The notes beneath the pieces were generated by a model. It saw only the letters and a program-made list of their open reading frames with translations. It made no database searches and was not told where the DNA came from. From NCBI GenBank assembly GCA_045863335.1, contig BTVY01000029.1, positions 30,997-84,924 of the forward strand: DNA of 53,928 nt, in the 5' to 3' direction. This DNA comes from Candidatus Hydrogenedentota bacterium. Lineage in GTDB: Bacteria > Hydrogenedentota > Hydrogenedentia > Hydrogenedentales > SLHB01. Shown one piece after another: positions 1-8,881 of the stretch. The translations under genes and the position numbers were made by a program. The stretch's first letter is position 1; each line of letters opens with the position of its first letter.

Positions 1-54
1 CTGTGTATCGTTTAAACGCCCTGGACTGGTCACCAATTTAGCATATTGAGTGTG

Positions 55-102
55 TTGTGGTGCCGGCTTCCAGCCTGCGCTGGCTGGAAGCCTGCACCAC
101 AA
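55..102. repeat. REP-like palindrome (21-bp arms, 6-nt loop)
   Basis: TTGTGGTGCCGGCTTCCAGCC-tgcgct-GGCTGGAAGCCTGCACCACAA; the arms are complementary with one mismatch; intergenic. Confidence 0.8.
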
Positions 103-364
103 TTTGCGATACGACAAATATCGCGGGATTCCCCTTCCGAGTAGCCTGGATTTCCGCCTGTGTGAACGGCATATCCCTTCGGCGTTGACCTCTGTTTGTG
201 TTGCTGGCCCGAGGCACGTACACTATCCCGTTGGAGCGTGCCTGTCACGGTCGTTTTGTGACACAACGGTATCGGGTGTGCAGTCTTGGCCCGCTCCATA
301 CAACCCGTAGAGTTTTGGAAAACGGCCATGGTTTTGCGCCGTTGCGCAACTTAGGAGTCTTGTC

Positions 365-901
365 GTGTCTGAACCAGCTATGCATTCGCCGGATTCTCCA
401 CAGCTCGCGCCATCGTCCGCCAAGAAGCCGGACAAGAGCGTCTTGGCCAAAGGATGCCTCATCGGGTGCGGCGTGCTTGTGGTATTGGCCATTTTTGGCG
501 GAATCGGCGGATTCTTCGTCTTTCGCTCCTTCATGGAAAAGATGGGCGATGCCATGGGCAAGCAACTCCTCGAAGAGTTTGCGGTCATGAAAGACACCGG
601 CCAAGTTCCCGAGGAGCACATGGCACTCTACCAGGAGGTTGTCGATCTCACGACCCGGCCGGAAACCACCTTTACCGCAGCCATGGTTGCGTCTACCGTC
701 GTAAGGACCAATCTCGAAGACAGCCAGGTCACCCACGAGGAGCGGCAGGAAGCGGAAGACATGCGTGACTTCCTCTCCGAGAATCCGGAAGCGGGAATGT
801 GGGCGATGGACAGCTATCTGAAGGATCACCCGGAACTCAAGGAACGGGTCGAACAGGCGCAACGCAGTTTCAATCCGACGACCCTGTTGGGACCCCAATA
901 A
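365..901 (+). CDS. Hypothetical membrane-anchored protein
   Basis: 178-aa ORF; AGGAG at 353-357 precedes the GTG; single N-terminal TM segment GCLIGCGVLVVLAIFGGIGGFFVF, followed by an acidic helical domain. Confidence 0.75.
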   Translation: MSEPAMHSPDSPQLAPSSAKKPDKSVLAKGCLIGCGVLVVLAIFGGIGGFFVFRSFMEKMGDAMGKQLLEEFAVMKDTGQVPEEHMALYQEVVDLTTRPETTFTAAMVASTVVRTNLEDSQVTHEERQEAEDMRDFLSENPEAGMWAMDSYLKDHPELKERVEQAQRSFNPTTLLGPQ

Positions 902-920
902 CCCACCAGTCTTCGCCGGG

Positions 921-2417
921 CTAATTTCGCCAGAATCCCGGCATAAACAGGACGAGAATGGCGATCATTTCCAGGCGGCCCAGCAGCATGGTGATCGAGA
1001 GGAACATCGTGCCCGGAGCGCCGATGAGGTGGTAATCGCGAATCGCGCCTACATGCTCCAGCCCCGGGCCGATGTTGTTGAGCGTGGCGATCATCGCAGT
1101 AATGGCGCTCTCAAAGGGCAGGCCCAGCCAGGACAGGAACAGGCAGCCCATGAAGAACCACATCACGTAGAGATAGATGAACGCGGAAGTTCTGCGCTGC
1201 ACGTCTTCGCTCACCACGTCGCCATCGATGCGCAAAGGACGGACCGTCTTCGGCCGGAAGGTGGACTCCAGCCGCCAATACACGACCTTCAGCATCATCA
1301 GCACGCGGACCACTTTGATCCCGCTGCCCGTGGAACCGGCGCAACCGCCAAAGATCATGACAACTACCAGCAGCATTCGTGAGAAATAGGGCCAACTGTC
1401 GAAGTCATCGGTGACGAAGCCGGTGGTTGTCATGCACGACACGACATGAAACGCCGCAATGCGGAGGGAATACCCGGCGCTATGCGTTTCGTGGCTGTCG
1501 ACCGGCTTGTAACTCTCGCCGCCCACCGGGAAATCGCCGCGGACTCCCGCGAGGTTGATGGTGATGGCAACGGTGGCCAGCGCCAGGATGGCGATATAGA
1601 GCTTCCACTCAGAGTCCCGCCAGAGGGCTTTCCAATTGCCCATCCCCATGTCCGCGAAGAGGGCGAAGTTCGTGCCGCCCACGATCATGCACGCGATGAG
1701 AATGACTTCTATCGTCAGACTGTCAAAGGCGGCCACGCTGGCCTGGCGGTTCGAGAACCCGCCGGTGGCGAGGCCGCCAAAAGTGTGGCAGAGCGCGTCA
1801 TAGAAGGACATGCCCGCGGCCATGAGCGCGATCGTGAAGATGACGGTGAACGCGGAGTAGATCTGTACGATGAGACTCGCGTTCTTCCGGAAGCGGGGCC
1901 GCAATCGGCTCGGCGAAGGTCCGGTGGCTTCCGACTTGGCGATGAGTTTGCCCCCGGAACCGAAATAGGGGAGTACAGCCACGAACATGATCACGATGCC
2001 GATGCCGCCGATCCAGTGGGTGAAGGACCGCCAGAAGAGGATGCTCTTCTCCATGGCCTCGATATCCGGGATCACGGTGCATCCCGAGGTCGTGAACCCG
2101 GAGGCGCTCTCGAAATAGGCGTCGATGAAATCAAGCGATCCGGCGAAGTAGAACGGCAAGGCGCCCAGGGCGCTCGTCACGATCCAGGACAGACCAACCA
2201 GTCCAATGGCCTCGCGCTCATAGATGCGGTTCGGCGCGCCTTTGCCCAGCCGCAGCAGGATGGCGCCGACCACACCGCAGACCACGCTGGAGGCCAGCAA
2301 CGCTTCGATGGCATGCCATTCCCTGAAATAGACGGCCCAGGCCGCCGAAGGCAGCATGGCGATGCCGATGGCGATGCAAATGAACCCGTTATAGCGTGCG
2401 AGAATTCCGTAATTCAT
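921..2417 (-). CDS. trkH: TrkH family potassium uptake membrane protein (paralog 1)
   Basis: Pore loops FESASGFTTSG, LATGGFS, MTTTGF, LNNIGPG; GGCAGSTGSGIKV; C-terminal MLLGRLE. Confidence 0.95.
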   Translation of the reverse strand: MNYGILARYNGFICIAIGIAMLPSAAWAVYFREWHAIEALLASSVVCGVVGAILLRLGKGAPNRIYEREAIGLVGLSWIVTSALGALPFYFAGSLDFIDAYFESASGFTTSGCTVIPDIEAMEKSILFWRSFTHWIGGIGIVIMFVAVLPYFGSGGKLIAKSEATGPSPSRLRPRFRKNASLIVQIYSAFTVIFTIALMAAGMSFYDALCHTFGGLATGGFSNRQASVAAFDSLTIEVILIACMIVGGTNFALFADMGMGNWKALWRDSEWKLYIAILALATVAITINLAGVRGDFPVGGESYKPVDSHETHSAGYSLRIAAFHVVSCMTTTGFVTDDFDSWPYFSRMLLVVVMIFGGCAGSTGSGIKVVRVLMMLKVVYWRLESTFRPKTVRPLRIDGDVVSEDVQRRTSAFIYLYVMWFFMGCLFLSWLGLPFESAITAMIATLNNIGPGLEHVGAIRDYHLIGAPGTMFLSITMLLGRLEMIAILVLFMPGFWRN

Positions 2418-2478
2418 GTCCGTAAAGCTTACCAGAACCGCAGGGCTGCTCCCACTGAAAGATTCGCCCCGGCAGTCC

Positions 2479-3978
2479 CTAGTTCCGCCAGAAGGAGGGC
2501 ATGAATAGCACGAGAATCGTCACGAGTTCCAGCCGGCCCAGCAGCATGGTCAAGGAGAGAAAGGCCGTACCCACCGGGCCGATAAGATGGAAATCCCGGG
2601 CGGCTCCCACATGTTCGAGGCCGGGTCCGCAGTTATTCAGGCAGGCAGTCATGGCGCTCACCGCGCTGTCGAAGGGGAGACCCTGTAACGACAGGAACAG
2701 ACACCCGAACACAAACCAGCCCATGTACAGCAACAGAAACGTTAAGGCACGGTGTTGCACCGTCTCACTGATGACTTCGCCGTTGATGCGGAGCGGCCGG
2801 ACGGTCTTCGGCCGGAACGTGGACTCCAAGCGGTGGTACGCCAGCTTCCCGTACATCATCAAGCGCACGACCTTGATGCCGCTCGACGTGGAACCCGCGC
2901 TGCCGCCGATGACCATCACCACGATCAGCATCATGCGTGAGAAGAAGGGCCAGCGGTCGAAGTCGTCCGTGACGTAGCCTGTATCGGTCATACAGGAAAC
3001 GACCTGAAAAGCGGACACGCGCAGGGCATGCCCGAAGCCGTAGTGCTGGGGTTCCGAAATGGGTTCGTAGGATTCGCCGCCGCCGTGGGGGAACGGTGTG
3101 TGCAGTCCCGTTAAGTTCGCCGCAACCAACAGGGTGGCGATGACGAGAATCGCCACGTACCAGCGCCATTCGCTGTCTTTCCAGAGCGCATTCCGCTCGC
3201 CCAGCCACATGGCAGCGAAGAGGCCGAAGTTGGTGCCGCCGATGACCATGAAGGCAATGATCACGGCCTCGACGGCTATACTGTCGTACTCGGCGATGCT
3301 GCCCTGGCGGTTGGAGAACCCGCCGGTGGCCAGGCCGCCGAAGGCGTGAATAAGCGCCTCGAACAGATCCATGCCCGCCCACATGAGCGCGGCCGTATTG
3401 AGAATCGTGAGGGCAACATAAATCTTAAAGATCAGTGTCGCACTCTCGCGGAAGCGCGGCAAGGGCCGGCTGGCGGTCGGTCCGGTCGTTTCGGACCGGA
3501 CGATAAGTTTGCCACCTGCTCCGATGTACGGCAGCACGGCGATGAACAGGATCACGATCCCGATCCCGCCCAGCCAGTGCGTGAGTGATCGCCAGAACAG
3601 CAGGCTCTTGTCCACCGACTCGATGTCGGGAAGCACGGTGGACCCCGTCGTCGTAAATCCCGAGACGCTCTCGAAGATGGCGTCGTTCAGTCCCAGCACA
3701 CCGTGAAATACGAATGGCAACGCGCCGAACACACTCACTAGAATCCAGGTAAACCCGACGAGACCGATGGCTTCGCGTTCGAATACCTTCGCCACCGCGC
3801 GCCGTCCCCACCAGGAAAGCGCAAGGCCGGTCGCAAAGGATAGTGCGGCCGAGGCGAGCAGGCATTCGAGCGACAGGTATTCGCGGAAGTAGATGGCCCA
3901 CGCCGCACAGGGCAACATGGCCGCACCGTTGGCGATGCAGATGAGGCCCAAGTACCTGGCCATGATGCGATGGTTCAT
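2479..3978 (-). CDS. trkH: TrkH family potassium uptake membrane protein (paralog 2)
   Basis: FESVSGFTTTG, LATGGFS, MTDTGY, LNNCGPG, GGSAGSTSSGIK, MLLGRLE; tandem paralog of the adjacent gene. Confidence 0.95.
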   Translation of the reverse strand: MNHRIMARYLGLICIANGAAMLPCAAWAIYFREYLSLECLLASAALSFATGLALSWWGRRAVAKVFEREAIGLVGFTWILVSVFGALPFVFHGVLGLNDAIFESVSGFTTTGSTVLPDIESVDKSLLFWRSLTHWLGGIGIVILFIAVLPYIGAGGKLIVRSETTGPTASRPLPRFRESATLIFKIYVALTILNTAALMWAGMDLFEALIHAFGGLATGGFSNRQGSIAEYDSIAVEAVIIAFMVIGGTNFGLFAAMWLGERNALWKDSEWRWYVAILVIATLLVAANLTGLHTPFPHGGGESYEPISEPQHYGFGHALRVSAFQVVSCMTDTGYVTDDFDRWPFFSRMMLIVVMVIGGSAGSTSSGIKVVRLMMYGKLAYHRLESTFRPKTVRPLRINGEVISETVQHRALTFLLLYMGWFVFGCLFLSLQGLPFDSAVSAMTACLNNCGPGLEHVGAARDFHLIGPVGTAFLSLTMLLGRLELVTILVLFMPSFWRN

Positions 3979-4015
3979 GGAGTGTGCGCTCCCGCGCAGA
4001 TATATCCGGTTCGCC

Positions 4016-4990
4016 TTACGCGCCGGTTGTCAGGACCACTTTCCCCACACTTTTCCGGTCGGACACAAACTTCTGCGCTTCAGCGGCCGACTCCAGGGGG
4101 AACTGGTGACGCGCCACGATGCGGAGTTTGCCTTCCCCCAACCATTGCTGGAGATCGCGCAACGCATTTGCCATGGCTTCCCGATCGGCCGTGTAGGCCA
4201 TAAGATGGAATCCGGAAACGGTAAGGTTGTTCGCCAGCAAATGAATCGCATTGACCGTCGCCGGCTGCCGGCTCGCCGCGCCCAAGGTAATCAGCCGGCC
4301 GCGGGTCTTGATGCAACGCATGCTCTTGTCGAACACTTCGCCCGCCACGGATTCAACGACCAATTCGCAGCCCTGGCCATTGGTAATCCGTTTCACCTCC
4401 TGCACGAAGTCCTTCTTCGCGTAGTTCACCGGATGATCGCAGCCGAGTTCCGTCAGCAATTCGACCTTCTCTTCCGAACTGCAGGTGCCGATCACCGTGG
4501 CACCCACGTTCTTGGCGATCTGCACCATCAAGGTGCCGAGACCCCCCGCCGCCGCCTGCAAGAGCACGTTCTGCCCCGCGGACAAGTTGCCGAGCGTGAT
4601 GAGCGCGTGGTACGCGGTCAAATACTGGCAAGGCACGGCCGCGGCCGCCGCAAAATCGAGACTCTCCGGCTTCGGAAGGAGCCGCGCAGAATCCGCGACC
4701 ACGTATTCGCTGTAGCCGCTCTCGCAAAAGCCCATGACGGCGTCGCCGGGCTTGTACGCGATTTCGCCGGAGCCCACCGCATCGATGACACCCGCGACTT
4801 CGAAGCCTACGCCGAAGGGCGGTTTCGGGCCGTTCGGATAAAGCCCCTCCCGCTGCATGATGTCGGCGTAGTTCAGGCCGGCCGCATGAACCTTGATGCG
4901 AACCTGCCCGTCGCGCGGTTCGGGGACGGGCACGTCACGGACTTCCAGAACTTCCGGTCCGCCAAACTTCGTTGCAATAACCGTTTTCAT
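4016..4990 (-). CDS. NADPH:quinone oxidoreductase (zeta-crystallin/MDR family)
   Basis: FGGPEVL, GLNYAD, GFEVAG, AAAGGLG nucleotide-binding motif, C-terminal GKVVL. Confidence 0.9.
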   Translation of the reverse strand: MKTVIATKFGGPEVLEVRDVPVPEPRDGQVRIKVHAAGLNYADIMQREGLYPNGPKPPFGVGFEVAGVIDAVGSGEIAYKPGDAVMGFCESGYSEYVVADSARLLPKPESLDFAAAAAVPCQYLTAYHALITLGNLSAGQNVLLQAAAGGLGTLMVQIAKNVGATVIGTCSSEEKVELLTELGCDHPVNYAKKDFVQEVKRITNGQGCELVVESVAGEVFDKSMRCIKTRGRLITLGAASRQPATVNAIHLLANNLTVSGFHLMAYTADREAMANALRDLQQWLGEGKLRIVARHQFPLESAAEAQKFVSDRKSVGKVVLTTGA

Positions 4991-5023
4991 AGCTGCCTTC
5001 CGATGGTTGGGTTCCGGTTGCCT

Positions 5024-6298
5024 TTACGAATGCGCGGCGATGCGTTCAAGCCCGCCCATGTAGGGACGCAAGGCCTCGGGCACGATGACCGTGCCGTCTT
5101 CCTGCTGGTAGTTCTCGATAACGGCGATGAGCGTGCGGCCCACTGCGAGCCCCGACCCGTTCAGCGTGTGCACGAACTCCGGCTTCTTGTCGCGGCGGAA
5201 GCGGATGTTCGCGCGCCGCGCCTGGAAGTCCGTGCAGTTCGAGCAGGAGCTGATTTCCCGGTAGGTGTTCTGTCCCGGCAGCCAGACTTCGATATCGTAG
5301 GTCTTCGCCGAGCAGAAGCCCATATCGCCCGTCGACAGCGTGACGACCTGGTAGGCGAGTCCGAGCTTCTGGAGAATGGTCTCTGCGTTTCTCGTGAGCT
5401 TTTCGAGTTCCTCTGCCGAATCCTCCGGCGCGGTGAACTTGTACAGCTCGACCTTGTCGAACTGGTGTTGCCGCAACATGCCGCGGGTGTCTTTTCCGTA
5501 GGACCCCGCCTCGCTGCGGAAGGATGGCGTGTACGCTGCGTAGCAGACGGGTAACGCGTCGCCGCTCAAGATTTCATCGCGATGCAGGTTCGTGAGCGGC
5601 ACTTCCGCGGTCGGCACGAGCCATAGGTCACGATCCTTGATCGTGAACGCTTCTTCCGCGAACTTCGGCAACTGGCCGGCCCCTTCCATGCTCGCGCCCA
5701 GGACCATGAACGGCGGCAGGATTTCCGTATAGCCGTGTTCATTGACATGTGTGTCGAGCATGAAGCTGATGAGGGCTCGCTCCAACCGCGCGCCCAACCC
5801 TCGGAGCACCGTGAATCGCGCGCCCGAAACCTTCGCGCCTGCTTCAAAATCCAGGATGCCCAATTGCTCGCCCAGTTCCACGTGGTCTTTGGGTGTGAAC
5901 GAAAACGCCGGCGGAGTGCCCCACTGACGCTCGAGACGGTTCGCGCTCGCGTCGGGTCCAATCGGCACGCTCGCATCCGGCGTGTTCGGGATGATCAGCA
6001 TGGCCTCGCGCAGCGCGTTGTCAGCATCGCGCACTTTTTCTTCCAGCGCTTTCACCTTCTGGCTGACCTCTTTCATCGCCGCGATCGCGCCGGAAGCGTC
6101 CTCCTTGTTCTTTTTAAGGCGTGCGATTTCGTCGTTCGCCTTATTCTGTTCTGCGCGGAGTTGTTCTGCTTCGTGCAGCACCTGACGCCTCGTGCCCTCC
6201 AACTCGAGCACGGCGTCCAAATTGATGTCCGAACCGCGGTTGGCCAGGGCCGTCCGCAGGGCGTCCAGGTTTTCGCGAATCAATTTTACATCGATCAT
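5024..6298 (-). CDS. serS: Serine--tRNA ligase
   Basis: [59 protein letters not shown]. Confidence 0.98.
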   Translation of the reverse strand: MIDVKLIRENLDALRTALANRGSDINLDAVLELEGTRRQVLHEAEQLRAEQNKANDEIARLKKNKEDASGAIAAMKEVSQKVKALEEKVRDADNALREAMLIIPNTPDASVPIGPDASANRLERQWGTPPAFSFTPKDHVELGEQLGILDFEAGAKVSGARFTVLRGLGARLERALISFMLDTHVNEHGYTEILPPFMVLGASMEGAGQLPKFAEEAFTIKDRDLWLVPTAEVPLTNLHRDEILSGDALPVCYAAYTPSFRSEAGSYGKDTRGMLRQHQFDKVELYKFTAPEDSAEELEKLTRNAETILQKLGLAYQVVTLSTGDMGFCSAKTYDIEVWLPGQNTYREISSCSNCTDFQARRANIRFRRDKKPEFVHTLNGSGLAVGRTLIAVIENYQQEDGTVIVPEALRPYMGGLERIAAHS

Positions 6299-6406
6299 TT
6301 CAGGTTCATTTCCTTTCGGGAGTCGCCGCGAATTGTAGAATGCGGGGAGTATGCATACCGCAGAAGCAGCGTGCGTCGCTCTCGGGACTTTCGTCAGATT
6401 GTCTTG

Positions 6407-7312
6407 CTAACGCGATACGCGAAACAAGTCGAGGATGCGCTCCAAATCGTCCAGCGAATAGTACTCGATCTCGATCTTGCCCTTGCTGGCGTCCGTGCCC
6501 TGCGTCCGCAACGAAACCTTGGTACCAAGCGCCTTGCGCAAATCGTCTTCAATCGCGGCTACGTGCGGGTTCCGTTCCGGCTCGCGCCGGGAGCGCGGCT
6601 TCGCGGGCGTCGCCAGTTTCTCTACCTGGCGCACCGACAGGCCCCGTTCGATGGCCAACCGGCAGGCGGCGCTCTGGTCCTTCGGCGATTCCAGCGCTAG
6701 TAACGCGCGCGCATGCCCCATGCTGAGCGCGCCTTCGGCGACGGCCCGCTGCACGTCGGCGGGCAGGTTCAGCAAGCGCAATGTATTCGTGACCGTGGCG
6801 CGTTTCTTGCCCACTTCGGCGGAGAGTTCTTCCTGCGTCCAGCCGAACTCGTTGATCAGCGCCTGGTACGCCTCGGCCAATTCAATGGCATTCAAATCCT
6901 CGCGCTGGATGTTTTCGATCAGGCCCAGCTTCAACATATCCGAATCGGACACGTCGCGGCAGACGGCCGGAACGGTCTCCAATCCCGCCATGACGCTCGC
7001 GCGTACGCGACGCTCGCCGCTCACCAGTTCATACCCGCCGCCGCGCGCCTTGCGCACGATCACTGGTTCGAATACGCCTTCCCTGCGGACGGACTCGGCG
7101 AGTTCTTCCAGCGCTTCTTCGTTGAAGGTCACGCGGGGCTGTTTCGGATTCGGCTTGATACCGTGTGGATCGAGATGGAGGATGCGGCCTTCGTCGGAGT
7201 CTACGCCGGCCTGCGTGCTCGGAACGACGGGAGCCGGTTCTTCGTCCCGGGCCGGACCCGATATCAGCGCGCCCAGCCCTCGGCCCAGGCCACCCTTCTT
7301 CATTTTAGCCAC
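6407..7312 (-). CDS. parB: ParB/Spo0J chromosome partitioning protein
   Basis: GLGRGLGAL, PNPKQPR, GERR, LIENIQREDL, HTH and GHARALL; GTG at 7312 follows a GGGAGGT RBS. Confidence 0.95.
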   Translation of the reverse strand: MAKMKKGGLGRGLGALISGPARDEEPAPVVPSTQAGVDSDEGRILHLDPHGIKPNPKQPRVTFNEEALEELAESVRREGVFEPVIVRKARGGGYELVSGERRVRASVMAGLETVPAVCRDVSDSDMLKLGLIENIQREDLNAIELAEAYQALINEFGWTQEELSAEVGKKRATVTNTLRLLNLPADVQRAVAEGALSMGHARALLALESPKDQSAACRLAIERGLSVRQVEKLATPAKPRSRREPERNPHVAAIEDDLRKALGTKVSLRTQGTDASKGKIEIEYYSLDDLERILDLFRVSR

Positions 7313-8063
7313 GGGCAATTACCTCCCTCGCCAACGCCAGATACGCCGTCGCACCCGGCGATTTCGCATCGTACAGGATTACGGGCTTGCCGAAACTCGG
7401 CGCCTCGCTCAATGTCACATTCCGCGGCACAACGGTTTCATACACCTTCTCACCCAGATGGGACCGCACGTCTTCCACAACCTGCCGCGACAGATTTGTG
7501 TGCTGGTGCATCGTCAGCAGCACGCCTTCGATGCGCAAACCCGGATTGAGATTGTCTCTGACCAGTTTGATGGTTTGCAGCAGCTCGCTCAAGCCCTCGA
7601 GGGCGTAATACTCGCACTGCAACGTGATCATCACCGCAGTCGCCGCGACCAGCCCGTTGACGGTCAACAGGCTCAACGACGGCGGACAATCGATGATGAC
7701 GTAGTCGTACTCGTTCTGGAGCGGCTCCAGGCAGCGCCGCAGCCGGTATTCCCGGGATTCGATGCCGACGAACTCTACCTCCGCGCCCACCAATTGACGG
7801 TTGGACGGCACCAGGAAGAGACTGTCCAGCATGGTCCCTTGCACCACTTGGCTCAGGGGCACGTGCTCCACCATGGCGTCATAGAGCGTGTGGGCGAGGG
7901 TATTCTTGTTCACGCCCAAGCCGCTCGTCGCGTTCCCCTGGGGGTCCAGATCGATTAATAAGACGCGGCGACCGGCCGCGGCGATGGAAGCGGAAAGGTT
8001 GACCGCCGTCGTGGTTTTACCCACGCCGCCCTTCTGATTCGCTATCGCGATGACTCGGCCCAT
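7305..8063 (-). CDS. parA: ParA/Soj ATPase
   Basis: MGRVIAIANQKGGVGKTTT, DLDPQGN, IDCPPSL, QCEYYALEG, EAPSFG; start trimmed to the ATG at 8063. Confidence 0.96.
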   Translation of the reverse strand: MGRVIAIANQKGGVGKTTTAVNLSASIAAAGRRVLLIDLDPQGNATSGLGVNKNTLAHTLYDAMVEHVPLSQVVQGTMLDSLFLVPSNRQLVGAEVEFVGIESREYRLRRCLEPLQNEYDYVIIDCPPSLSLLTVNGLVAATAVMITLQCEYYALEGLSELLQTIKLVRDNLNPGLRIEGVLLTMHQHTNLSRQVVEDVRSHLGEKVYETVVPRNVTLSEAPSFGKPVILYDAKSPGATAYLALAREVIARG

Positions 8064-8168
8064 ATTCTCCGCCGCACCGTACGGGCATACCCCTGCTGTC
8101 CGAGGAGTTAGTGCCCCCAAAAGGACAACAAAAACGGCGCGCAAATGCGCCTGCCCTGTAAGCCGCGT

Positions 8169-8198
8169 ATGATACGGTTCGGGCTGTAGGGGAGTCAA
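8169..8198 (-). promoter_or_regulatory. Putative sigma70 promoter of parAB
   Basis: Minus strand reads TTGACT-N18-TATCAT, about 105 bp upstream of the parA ATG. Confidence 0.55.
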
Positions 8199-8216
8199 TT
8201 GGAGGGTGGCGCGGGC

Positions 8217-8427
8217 GTAGGTACCGATGCGCACGCGGACCTACACGGACCTACACGGACCTACACGGACCTACACGGACCTACACGGAAGGCACGGAAG
8301 GCACGGAAGGCACGGAAGGGCACGGAATGGCACGGAAGGGCACGGAAGCAACGGAAGCAACGGACCGGTACGGGAGGGCACGGAAAGACACGGCGGCGCG
8401 TCCGTGTAGGTCCGTGCAGGTCCGTGT
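8217..8427. repeat. CACGGA-core tandem repeat array with inverted terminal copies
   Basis: CTACACGGAC x4 plus a variant (8241-8290), then about 10 degenerate 9-10-bp GGCACGGAA units, then inverted TCCGTGTAGG-TCCGTGCAGG-TCCGTGT (8401-8427). Confidence 0.9.
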
Positions 8428-8431
8428 TCCC

Positions 8432-8875
8432 CTACACCCCGAACTGCCTCAGATGATGCTCAAAATGCACCACATGCAGCTTCGCCCAACCGTCGACGCC
8501 GATGTCCCCGAAGAAGGGGTGGGGGGGAGGCTCCAGGTCGCCGCTCTGGACGAGCGTCAGGTACTCCTCCAGGACGGCGTGGAACGTCTCTGTGTCTCCT
8601 GGCGGGCAGAGTGCTTCGGCGGCCGCCGGGCCGGTGACGTTGCGCGGCATACGCACGATTCCGTTGATGATGAGGGGCCCGAGGATCCGGCGAATGAACC
8701 AGTTTCCACGGACGGGCATGGACTTGCCACGACCCATCGAGTATCGGACGATTACCATGAGGTGTCCGATCATGCGGTCCGGAGTCAAGGTTCCCCACGC
8801 CGGTTTGGCGTCGGGTCGCAATCGGCCCAGTCGGGCGATCAAGTCGTTTACGTAGTCATGGTCAAGCGGGCGCAT
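8432..8875 (-). CDS. DUF1569/DinB-like protein
   Basis: PAWGTLT..MIGHL, PHPFFG, HFEHHLRQFG motifs. Confidence 0.85.
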   Translation of the reverse strand: MRPLDHDYVNDLIARLGRLRPDAKPAWGTLTPDRMIGHLMVIVRYSMGRGKSMPVRGNWFIRRILGPLIINGIVRMPRNVTGPAAAEALCPPGDTETFHAVLEEYLTLVQSGDLEPPPHPFFGDIGVDGWAKLHVVHFEHHLRQFGV

Positions 8876-8881
8876 GGCGGC

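Noticed and set aside
5874-5889. parS site (AGTTCCACGTGGTCTT) in serS near parAB
   Set aside because: Only 11 of 16 positions match the TGTTCCACGTGGAACA consensus and the right arm is broken.
8236-8427. CRISPR array
   Set aside because: Units are 9-10 bp and contiguous, with no unique spacers and no cas genes.
8199-8456. Small ORFs with TYTDLHGP/ARK repeats
   Set aside because: These are translations of the DNA tandem array with no RBS or family resemblance.
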